Position numbers and translations under genes: made by a program. From NCBI GenBank assembly GCA_013378385.1, contig JACAFS010000029.1:1-13365 (forward strand): a stretch of 13,365 nucleotides of DNA. The letters are read 5' to 3'. Position 1 is the stretch's first letter; each line of letters starts with the position of its first letter. The stretch comes from Nitrososphaerota archaeon. GTDB lineage: Archaea > Thermoproteota > Nitrososphaeria > Nitrososphaerales > UBA57. This document shows, piece by piece, positions 1 to 6,440 of the stretch. The notes below the pieces were generated by a model, which did not search any database, was not told the DNA's origin, and saw only the letters and a program-made list of their open reading frames with translations.

Positions 1-212
1 CTATTTCGTATCAATGCCTTTCTTTTTTCTGCATGAAACGAAAATGTATTAATAACTTAAGTTACCGAAGGGTATTTTCCTCCGTCTTATGAAAAATAAT
101 ATCTTGCCCCGTTTATACTTTCCCGCTTCAATTTTGGCAACTCGAATGTTTTCATGTCATGTATAAAATTAGTCATCTTACTCAACACTACAGAATACCA
201 AAGTTGTCTTTT

Positions 213-989
213 TTATGTATTTGGATTTAAAATCCTTGACATCTCCTTATTCTCTTTTCGCCACTCGTCACGTTGATACAAGAAATATTCAATTTGCCTG
301 TCATTCCATTTCTTTTCCCACCCGTCTGACGCCTTGTCTACAATCGACTTGTTGTTCTCAATCTTTGCTCTGTTGTCTGCATGCAATTGAATTGCCTTAG
401 GATAAGTACGGTGCTCAATAACCAAAACCCTTTCAGCTAATGCTTCCGCAGTGTCTCCGTCATAAATTGGTACTTGCGCTTGAAGCAATATGGGGCCCAG
501 ATCAACAGTAGAATCTATATAATGAACAGTGCATCCTGAGACTTTTTCACCAGCGTTAATTACGGCATTATGTACCTTCATTCCAACCATTCCATACCCT
601 CCGTAATTTACAACATCATACGCTGGATGTATGTTCAATATTCTATTCGTATAGTGTTCTACAAGATATTCAGATAGAATCTGGTTAAACCCAGCACATA
701 CTATCAGTTCCACATCTTCGCTTTTGCAAGATTCTACTACCTTCTTATCGAACTCAACCCTGGCCTTTTCTCTTAATTCTTTAGAATCAAATTTCTGACC
801 TACAGTTCCCTGTATAAATTTGGCCTTTATTCCCACTTTTTCAGCTCTCTCACGCACATATGCATCTTTATTGTTGTAAATTACTAGTTTAACCTCAACA
901 TTGACCAAGATTTTCATCCTGATATGATCCAAGATAGCTTGAAAATCCGTTCCCCTTCCGCTAGCCAATATTCCTAATCTTAAGACCAA
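213..989 (-). CDS. purN: Phosphoribosylglycinamide (GAR) formyltransferase, PurN family
   Basis: 258-aa ORF. It has the N-terminal GILASGRGTDFQAI loop, the catalytic LNIHPA (Asn/His) motif and the VDLGPILLQ (Asp) motif typical of PurN-type formyltransferases. The C terminus runs about 30 aa beyond where E. coli PurN ends. Confidence 0.8.
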   Translation of the reverse strand: MVLRLGILASGRGTDFQAILDHIRMKILVNVEVKLVIYNNKDAYVRERAEKVGIKAKFIQGTVGQKFDSKELREKARVEFDKKVVESCKSEDVELIVCAGFNQILSEYLVEHYTNRILNIHPAYDVVNYGGYGMVGMKVHNAVINAGEKVSGCTVHYIDSTVDLGPILLQAQVPIYDGDTAEALAERVLVIEHRTYPKAIQLHADNRAKIENNKSIVDKASDGWEKKWNDRQIEYFLYQRDEWRKENKEMSRILNPNT

Positions 990-1028
990 TACGAAAACTA
1001 ATTATCTATCAGGAATAAATATTTCTCA

Positions 1029-1550
1029 ATGAGCATTAAAGAAAAAAATATAGCAATTTTTGCTGAAAACGGTTATGAAGAACTCGAACTTTGGTACCCA
1101 TATTACAGAATGATTGAAGAAGGAGCTACAGTAGTTCTTATCGGAAGCGGAACTTCAAACAAATATGTCGGTAAAAAAGGCAGTTATCCTGTTGTAGTAG
1201 ACAAAAGCATCAATGAAGTAGATTCAAAAGACTTTGACGCACTCATTATACCTGGCGGATGGGCACCTGACAACCTTCGCAGACACCAAAAAATTATAGA
1301 CTTTACAAAAGAAATGTTTGAACAAAATAAACCTGTAGCTGCAATCTGTCACGCAGGCTCATTGCTTGTATCTGCTGATGTACTGAAAGGTAAGACCGCT
1401 ACATGTTTTATGGCGATTAAAGACGACATGATTAACGCCGGAATAAATTATGTAGACGAAGCAGTTGTTGTTGATGGCAATCTTGTAACATCTAGAACTC
1501 CACAAGACCTGCCGGACTTTTGTAAAGGTATAATCAAATTACTTATTTGA
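1029..1550 (+). CDS. DJ-1/PfpI family protein (PfpI-like intracellular protease/deglycase)
   Basis: 173-aa ORF with the nucleophile elbow PVAAICHAGSLL (Cys-His) and IIPGGWAP, closely resembling Pyrococcus PfpI blocks. It is divergent from purN across 39 nt. Confidence 0.85.
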   Translation: MSIKEKNIAIFAENGYEELELWYPYYRMIEEGATVVLIGSGTSNKYVGKKGSYPVVVDKSINEVDSKDFDALIIPGGWAPDNLRRHQKIIDFTKEMFEQNKPVAAICHAGSLLVSADVLKGKTATCFMAIKDDMINAGINYVDEAVVVDGNLVTSRTPQDLPDFCKGIIKLLI

Positions 1551-1752
1551 TAACACGAAGACAGCAATAGTTGTTGGTGTATCTGGTCTTAGCTGTACTT
1601 TGGAGCTTGAAAAGAACGGATATTAGGTACAAATCTTGGAAAAAGAAAAACACCCAAGTGGAAAAGTTCATAGCGATATTATAGCATCTTCATCTACACA
1701 CGACTCGATGTATTCGGGTCGATTAACAGCAAAACAAGCCATGACAAACTGA
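1534..1752 (+). pseudogene. Decayed N-terminal fragment of an FAD/NAD(P)-binding (amine-oxidase / protoporphyrinogen-oxidase / phytoene-desaturase type) oxidoreductase
   Basis: The frame reads ..NTKTAIVVGVSGLSCTLELEKNGY*VQILEKEKHPSGKVHSDII.. and ends at TGA 1750-1752. It matches the beta-alpha-beta dinucleotide-fold pattern (xIxIIGAGISGLxxAxxLxxxGxxVxVxExxxxxGGK). It has no start codon after the upstream stop at 1531-1533, a shortened GxGxxG, and an in-frame TAG at 1624-1626. Only about 70 codons remain before the tRNA gene. Confidence 0.4.
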
Positions 1753-1761
1753 TATTATAAG

Positions 1762-1871
1762 CGCCGGGGGTGGGATTTGAACCCACGAGTCCCGAAGGAC
1801 AATCGCTAACCATCATTAAATTCGAGGCGATCGCGTTTGACATAGCCTGTTTCTGACTTCGCTACCCCGGC
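1762..1871 (-). tRNA. tRNA-Ser, probable anticodon CGA, intron-containing (110 nt, no encoded CCA)
   Basis: Reverse complement shows these elements:
- Acceptor stem GCCGGGG/CCCCGGC with discriminator G.
- T arm GTGGG-TTCAAAT-CCCAC.
- Class II variable arm GTCC-TTCG-GGAC.
- Anticodon stem ATCGC/GCGAT, with loop start C-T-CGA-A followed by about 13 extra nt before the 3' stem strand.
- About 12 surplus nt between GCG (position 10-12) and its partner CGC.
Total length is about 25 nt more than a class II tRNA needs. Confidence 0.8.
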
Positions 1872-1887
1872 ACTCTATATCGTGATT

Positions 1888-1900
1888 AATATTTTAAAAA
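1888..1900 (-). promoter_or_regulatory. TATA box of the tRNA-Ser promoter
   Basis: The minus strand reads CTTTTTAAAATATTAATCACGATATAGAGT directly before the mature 5' G. TTTAAAATA lies at -27 to -19 from the mature end, which fits an archaeal TATA box with a short leader. Confidence 0.5.
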
Positions 1901-1933
1901 GAAATTCATTAAAAAATAGGTTAATTTAAATCT

Positions 1934-2503
1934 ATGAAAAATTACAAATTATCAATGAACCAACTCGCTTTAGTTATAGGATTATTGTTCTTTCTACTCA
2001 CTGCAATCCCTCTAACTCTCGCTCAGGTTGAGAGATTTTCACCTGCAATCGACGACAACGAATTAGATTTTAGATTCACGTGGCTCAAATCCGACAAATC
2101 AATTTATGAAGGCGGAGAAGTAATCGAATTTGAAGCTTTTTTCATGAATAATTCTACTCATAACTTGTCAGTGACCATGACTGCTACCTCACCATTTCTC
2201 GGAGGCATCAATTCGAAAAACCCTGAATCTGAATCAGTAATAATTCCTAGTGGCGAAAACGGATCAATCAAAATCCTATTGCCCACCGTAGAAGAAACAT
2301 ATGGAAGACAAATACTACGATTGTCTGCTGTTGCAACATCTACATCCGACGAATCGATTACTGCTGATGATCAAACACTGTTCCAAGTTGCATTTGAAGA
2401 GAAACCGGTTTCCAGACTTCCTATTCTGGGATTAATCATTGTCGGAGCTCTTATAGCTGGCTTTGTTTTACGCACTACACGCTCAGAACTATCTGACATA
2501 TAA
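1934..2503 (+). CDS. Exported protein with signal peptide, beta-rich ectodomain and C-terminal membrane anchor (function unknown)
   Basis: 189 aa. The N-terminal hydrophobic signal is LALVIGLLFFLLTAIPLTLAQ. N-glycosylation sequons are present (NNST, NLS). The C-terminal helix ILGLIIVGALIAGFVL is followed by the charged tail RTTRSELSDI. I recognise no family. Confidence 0.6.
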   Translation: MKNYKLSMNQLALVIGLLFFLLTAIPLTLAQVERFSPAIDDNELDFRFTWLKSDKSIYEGGEVIEFEAFFMNNSTHNLSVTMTATSPFLGGINSKNPESESVIIPSGENGSIKILLPTVEETYGRQILRLSAVATSTSDESITADDQTLFQVAFEEKPVSRLPILGLIIVGALIAGFVLRTTRSELSDI

Positions 2504-3334
2504 TTATTCTGAAGATTTAATCAAGTTTTCTACCAAACCTGCAATTAGTATTGGGCCGACTCCTCCTGGAACCGGAGTAATTATTGATGCCTTTTCAGAT
2601 ACCTCTTCTAAATCAACATCGCCAATCACTTTACCGTCAACATAATTATTCGCAGCGTCAATAATTACTGAACCATCCATTACCATATCTGCTCTAAGCC
2701 ATTGTGGCTTTCCAACATCTGTTACAATTATATCAGTAGCAACCAAGTATTCAAACGTTAAATGATCCCCTTCATCTATCATCCTCACATTTCCACCTCG
2801 ATGTTTCAAAATTGACGCTAACGGCCTGCCTAACAAATCAGAAATTCCAACTACTGTGATATTTTTTCCTTCGACAGGAACTTCATGCCGTTCAAAAATT
2901 TCCAGCACTGCAATAACCCCTGCAGGAAAATACGATTCTTGGTTGTTGTCAATCTTTTCCAATGTAGCTGGATTCAAAGCATCAATATCTTTTTCCAATG
3001 CAATTTGCGAAAGAATCTTCTCAGTTTCAAAATCTTCAGGTAAAGGCAACTGAATTAATATTCCGTTGACATTATCATCTGAATTCAATTCCTTAACGAT
3101 ATTAATAACATCTTCACTAGAACTTGTTCCGTCAATTTTTCGTATTGCACCGTCAGCTCCTACCTCTTTGATTTTCTTGAGTTTCATACCCACATATCTC
3201 TCTGACTCTTGATCTTCGCCTATCAGGATTATTTCGATATAAGGAGTTTTTCCATTATCATGCAGTATGGAAATTCTACGCTTACAGCTTTCTAGAATTT
3301 CTGAAGCAATCTTTTTACCATCTACAATTGTCAT
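2504..3334 (-). CDS. folD: Bifunctional methylenetetrahydrofolate dehydrogenase / methenyltetrahydrofolate cyclohydrolase
   Basis: 276 aa. It shows the typical FolD N terminus (IVDGKKIASEI.., YVGMKLKK), the GILIQLPLP motif, the Rossmann segment VVGISDLLGRPLA, and the C-terminal TPVPGGVGP block. Confidence 0.9.
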   Translation of the reverse strand: MTIVDGKKIASEILESCKRRISILHDNGKTPYIEIILIGEDQESERYVGMKLKKIKEVGADGAIRKIDGTSSSEDVINIVKELNSDDNVNGILIQLPLPEDFETEKILSQIALEKDIDALNPATLEKIDNNQESYFPAGVIAVLEIFERHEVPVEGKNITVVGISDLLGRPLASILKHRGGNVRMIDEGDHLTFEYLVATDIIVTDVGKPQWLRADMVMDGSVIIDAANNYVDGKVIGDVDLEEVSEKASIITPVPGGVGPILIAGLVENLIKSSE

Positions 3335-3393
3335 GTCCTATGATAGATTCTAATAATGATGTTCTTATAGTTCTATCTCTTATTAAAAAACAA

Positions 3394-4215
3394 ATGGCAG
3401 TCAACATAACCGTGGTTAAGACAGGATTCATTGGAGTAACTACTCTAATTGAAGCGCTATTAGACGAACGCGCGTCTCGCAAAGATATTTCTGTACGTTC
3501 AATCACATCTGGTTCAAAAATGTCAGTCACTGACGCTCAAGAAGTTGAAAAATTATCTTCTTCATTGGATACAGATTTGTATATCGTTGTCAGTCCCAAT
3601 GCATCATTGGACGCACCAAAAAATCTTGCATTGAATTTAGGAAAAATAAAACCTACAATATTGATCTCTGACAGCCCAGCTTCAAAAATCAAAGATGAAC
3701 TTGTAGACAAAATTGGCTATGTCTTTGTACAGGGAGATCCGTTGATTGGTATCCATAAAGAATTTTTAGATCCAATTGAGATGTCGAACTTTAACAGCGA
3801 TGTTCTAAAAGTTCTCTCGATTACGGGAGCTTTTCGAGCTTTGATAAACGAAATTGATAAAGTTATTGAACAAATTAAGAACTCTCAGTCGATAGTTCTT
3901 CCAAGGTTAGTGATAGGAAAACACACTGCTGTGTCCAGCTCTGGATTGACCAATCCATATTCTAAAGCAAAAGCCTTAGCTAGTTATGAAATAGCACGTT
4001 TAGTTGCCAGATTATCTGCCGAAGGAGCATATATAGAAAAAAACCGAGAACGTCGTCTACTTACAGTAAGTGCTTCGCATGAACTCATTCGACAAGCTGC
4101 CAAATTAGCAGACGAAGCTCATGAAATTGAAAAACATAGTGATAGTGTTAATAGATACATTCATGCCACCACTGGAAAAACTCTTACAAAAAAGAAATTC
4201 TTTGATTCTGTTTAA
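3394..4215 (+). CDS. mtd: Mtd-family protein (homolog of F420-dependent methylenetetrahydromethanopterin dehydrogenase)
   Basis: From ATG 3394 the product is 273 aa, the length of methanogen Mtd. It carries blocks I recall from Mtd: VVKTGFIG..LLDERASRKD, KEFLDPIEM, NPYSKAKALASYEIA, SASHELIRQAAKLADEAHEIEKHSD and TGKTLTKKKF. The ORF-track start at 3328 adds 22 non-conserved residues and overlaps the folD start, so 3394 is preferred. Confidence 0.85.
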   Translation: MAVNITVVKTGFIGVTTLIEALLDERASRKDISVRSITSGSKMSVTDAQEVEKLSSSLDTDLYIVVSPNASLDAPKNLALNLGKIKPTILISDSPASKIKDELVDKIGYVFVQGDPLIGIHKEFLDPIEMSNFNSDVLKVLSITGAFRALINEIDKVIEQIKNSQSIVLPRLVIGKHTAVSSSGLTNPYSKAKALASYEIARLVARLSAEGAYIEKNRERRLLTVSASHELIRQAAKLADEAHEIEKHSDSVNRYIHATTGKTLTKKKFFDSV

Positions 4216-4697
4216 TTTGGATTATTCCGTCCAAACTCATCGACGTCTTGATAATACCACGCTATTACCTGTCCGTCCTTTGGAATATACAAATTCGAAC
4301 TAATTTCTAATAATTCCCAATTACAACATTCTTGGTATTGCCATGCAGACCATGCGAAATCAGGATTATCTCCAGTTCCCAACAACGAATTCACGAAATA
4401 TGCATTAAATTCACTATAATACGTCGAATCCATATTATTTTCTCCAATTATGAATTCTGTTGAATTATACATGCTAAAACCAACTGGAATGCGTGTTTGG
4501 TTAAAGTATAATATAGTTCCATTCCCAAAATCCACTATCAAGTCGATGTTTATAGAAGAATCATCAATATTTCCTTGCATTGCTTGATAATTCTGATCAA
4601 GAATCCTGTAATCATTATACATATACAGAGCAGAAGAAAATGATAGAACCGCTAGTGCCACAAGTAGTAATGTTATTGATTTATAATTTCTAGTCAT
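4212..4697 (-). CDS. N-terminally anchored extracytoplasmic protein, DUF4430-like (transcobalamin-like beta-domain fold)
   Basis: 161 aa with the N-terminal helix SITLLLVALAVLSFSSALY. The body follows the DUF4430 pattern as I recall it: IDLIVDFGNG.., NAYFVNSLLG, WSAWQY.., YIPKDGQVIAWYY. The start overlaps the upstream gene's stop (ATGA at 4694-4697). The stop overlaps the mtd stop convergently. Confidence 0.6.
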   Translation of the reverse strand: MTRNYKSITLLLVALAVLSFSSALYMYNDYRILDQNYQAMQGNIDDSSINIDLIVDFGNGTILYFNQTRIPVGFSMYNSTEFIIGENNMDSTYYSEFNAYFVNSLLGTGDNPDFAWSAWQYQECCNWELLEISSNLYIPKDGQVIAWYYQDVDEFGRNNPN

Positions 4698-5239
4698 CTG
4701 GACGATATATTTTTAGTCACCATATATATAAATATTGGCACTAGGATGGAGAACATTGCAAAATTAGATATCTGGTGAATAATCGAAAATGGAATCCCTG
4801 TAATTATTCGCAATATCATTCCATCAACAGTTTGATAAATTAAAAATCCTTCAATCGAATTTGTCCAAATATCATAAATAAAAGATCCAGTAACTCCAAA
4901 CGCTCCTAGCACCAGTGTCGTCTCAAGCGGTTTTTTCAAAAAACGTTTCTCTATGTTAAAGATACGCCTACATAAAACACCAAAAATTCCAAAGATCATC
5001 TCTCCAGACATTAATCCAAGAATTAAGGGAAATCCTGCAGCTCCTAGTGGATTTATCGAACCATAAACTAACCATGACAATGCAGCTATGCTTGCCGCTA
5101 CCGGAAAACCAAATAAATATCCAGATAGAAAAACCATACTATCCATTAATTTTATTTGTGGAAATGCAATTAGTGCATAGTTTGAAGCTACTATTATTGC
5201 AGTGAAGACCGAAATAAACGCAATCTCTTTTGTTTTCAT
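4694..5239 (-). CDS. Small polytopic membrane protein resembling an ECF-transporter S (substrate-capture) component
   Basis: 181 aa with 5-6 hydrophobic helices. The N terminus KTKEIAFISVFTAIIVASNYAL is typical of S components, and the size is right for the class. No EcfT or EcfA genes are nearby. It is translationally coupled to the DUF4430-like gene. Confidence 0.55.
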   Translation of the reverse strand: MKTKEIAFISVFTAIIVASNYALIAFPQIKLMDSMVFLSGYLFGFPVAASIAALSWLVYGSINPLGAAGFPLILGLMSGEMIFGIFGVLCRRIFNIEKRFLKKPLETTLVLGAFGVTGSFIYDIWTNSIEGFLIYQTVDGMILRIITGIPFSIIHQISNFAMFSILVPIFIYMVTKNISSR

Positions 5240-5265
5240 TTCAGATCAGAAAATAAATTCTGCTT

Positions 5266-5649
5266 TTATGTTCTAATTAGCTTGATGTTGTCTACTTCAC
5301 CAGAAACTTGTAATCTGCGCATTAGTTCCTGAATTTCAGTCGCCTTACCATCAACAATTAGCAGCTCTAAACATTTTCTTTCGCCTAATTTATAATGTAA
5401 ATGTGATTTTGTAATTTTATCGAATTCATGTTTTATATCTGTAACAGAATGTTCCTCTCCTTCCTCATGTGTGATAAGTAATATGCATTGCATAGCTCCC
5501 ACGAGATTTTCTCTGTCTGCTTTCTGATTAATCAAAGAACGTATTCCAGCACGTATTAATTCTGATCTCCCAGAGAAACCCTCTGAAGATTGCAGTTCAT
5601 CCATTTCTTTAAGGAAATCCTTGGTTAATGAAATACTTACGATTGGCAT
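5266..5649 (-). CDS. nikR: NikR-family metal-responsive transcriptional regulator (ribbon-helix-helix plus metal-binding C-terminal domain)
   Basis: 127 aa. The RHH N terminus is MPIVSISLTKDFLKEMDEL..GFSGRSELIRAGIRSLI. The C-terminal domain has His/Cys ligand-like positions (ITHEEGEEH, IKHEF, SHLHYKLGERKCLE) that parallel the NikR H-x-H...C site. Confidence 0.8.
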   Translation of the reverse strand: MPIVSISLTKDFLKEMDELQSSEGFSGRSELIRAGIRSLINQKADRENLVGAMQCILLITHEEGEEHSVTDIKHEFDKITKSHLHYKLGERKCLELLIVDGKATEIQELMRRLQVSGEVDNIKLIRT

Positions 5650-5716
5650 AACTAATAATGCGTATGTATTAGTTAATAACTATTAAATATTAATAAAACA
5701 TTTGAAAAAGTTAATA
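5649..5716. promoter_or_regulatory. Divergent promoter region with repeated TAACTA/TAGTTA operator-like motifs
   Basis: There is a perfect dyad TAACTAATA-N9-TATTAGTTA at 5649-5675, and its left arm touches the nikR start codon. A second overlapping dyad TAGTTA-A-TAACTA lies at 5670-5682. AGTTAATA recurs at 5709-5716, 11-18 nt upstream of the ABC ATPase ATG. A/T-rich TATA-like tracts lie at 5681-5700. Confidence 0.5.
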
Positions 5717-5726
5717 GCTGATTATA

Positions 5727-6437
5727 ATGAAAAAAATCATTGAACTTGAAAGAGTAAACGTAATTCGTAACAAGAATCTCATTCTTGACAATATATCTCT
5801 GACAGTAAACGATACAGATTTTTTGGGTTTGATTGGACCGAGCGGTTCAGGAAAAACAACACTTCTCAAAGTTATGTCTGGATTGATTATTCCCGATACT
5901 GGTAAAGTAACTTTTCCTTCCAAACAGAAACTAAAAATAGGTTATCTTCCACAAGCTCTTCCGTCTCTTCCAAATTCTCCTGCAACAGTCATGGAAATCA
6001 TTGCATCAGGTTTTAACTCTAAACCATTTACCAACAATAAAGAAAAGATAATTTCAATCGCAAAAGAGATGGAGATAGATCAATTACTAGATCTCAAAAT
6101 AACTCAACTTTCTGGAGGACAAGTACAACTCGTCTTTCTTGTGAGAGCATTGGTAGACACTCCTGATGTTATTATTCTTGACGAACCAAGCAGCAGCATT
6201 GACACAAAAAGCCAATCCAAAATATTTCAGATCCTCTCCAACGTTAACAAAAATAATATCCCGATTATTTTCTCGTCACATGATACCTTCGCTATAACAA
6301 ATTCAGCTAATCGTATCGCTTGTATAAATAAGAAACTTGATTATCACGGCACATCAAAAGATTTCCTGAGTAACAAACATCTTGCAGAATCCTATGGATA
6401 CGGCGTTGACGTTCTTTCACATCAAGGACATGAATGA
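5727..6437 (+). CDS. ABC transporter ATP-binding protein, ZnuC/MntB/TroB type (metal importer)
   Basis: 236 aa with Walker A GPSGSGKTT, signature LSGGQ, Walker B IILDEPSSSID and H-loop SSHD. It is paired with an ABC-3 permease 3 nt downstream. Confidence 0.85.
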   Translation: MKKIIELERVNVIRNKNLILDNISLTVNDTDFLGLIGPSGSGKTTLLKVMSGLIIPDTGKVTFPSKQKLKIGYLPQALPSLPNSPATVMEIIASGFNSKPFTNNKEKIISIAKEMEIDQLLDLKITQLSGGQVQLVFLVRALVDTPDVIILDEPSSSIDTKSQSKIFQILSNVNKNNIPIIFSSHDTFAITNSANRIACINKKLDYHGTSKDFLSNKHLAESYGYGVDVLSHQGHE

Positions 6438-6440
6438 GAA

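Noticed and set aside
37-212. About 176 nt without a convincing gene at the left edge. It includes tiny ORFs at 89-166 plus strand (25 aa) and 87-155 minus strand (22 aa).
   Set aside because: The peptides have no recognisable features, and I found no stable hairpins, RNA motifs or repeats. The region may simply hold the 3' UTRs of purN and of a plus-strand gene ending near 36-92. There is too little evidence to report a feature.
216-335. C-terminal extension of PurN (about 30-40 Trp/Lys/Glu-rich residues, ..DGWEKKWNDRQIEYFLYQRDEWRKENKEM..).
   Set aside because: Part of the apparent extension aligns with the normal PurN C terminus (ADxRxK..EN). The rest is short and could be a lineage-specific tail. 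Nothing points to a separate domain or a gene fusion.
1551-1933. Possibility of an integrated mobile element at the tRNA-Ser gene.
   Set aside because: The window holds no integrase, transposase or recombinase ORF. I saw no direct repeat of the tRNA 3' segment, and no compositional break in the flanking genes. Only the small gene relic is reported.
3343-3375. Imperfect direct repeat ATAG(A)TTCTA at 3343-3352 and 3367-3375 in the folD/mtd divergent promoter.
   Set aside because: It is short, has an indel and is made almost entirely of A/T, so it is easily produced by chance in this composition. It is not strong enough to call a binding site.
3328-3393. The longer Mtd ORF starting at 3328 (MSCPMIDSNNDVLIVLSLIKKQ..), as given in the ORF track.
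   Set aside because: The extension overlaps the divergent folD start codon. It precedes the conserved Mtd N terminus (MAVNITVVKTGFIG, matching the very N terminus of methanogen Mtd). It would also eliminate any promoter space. ATG 3394 gives the canonical length.
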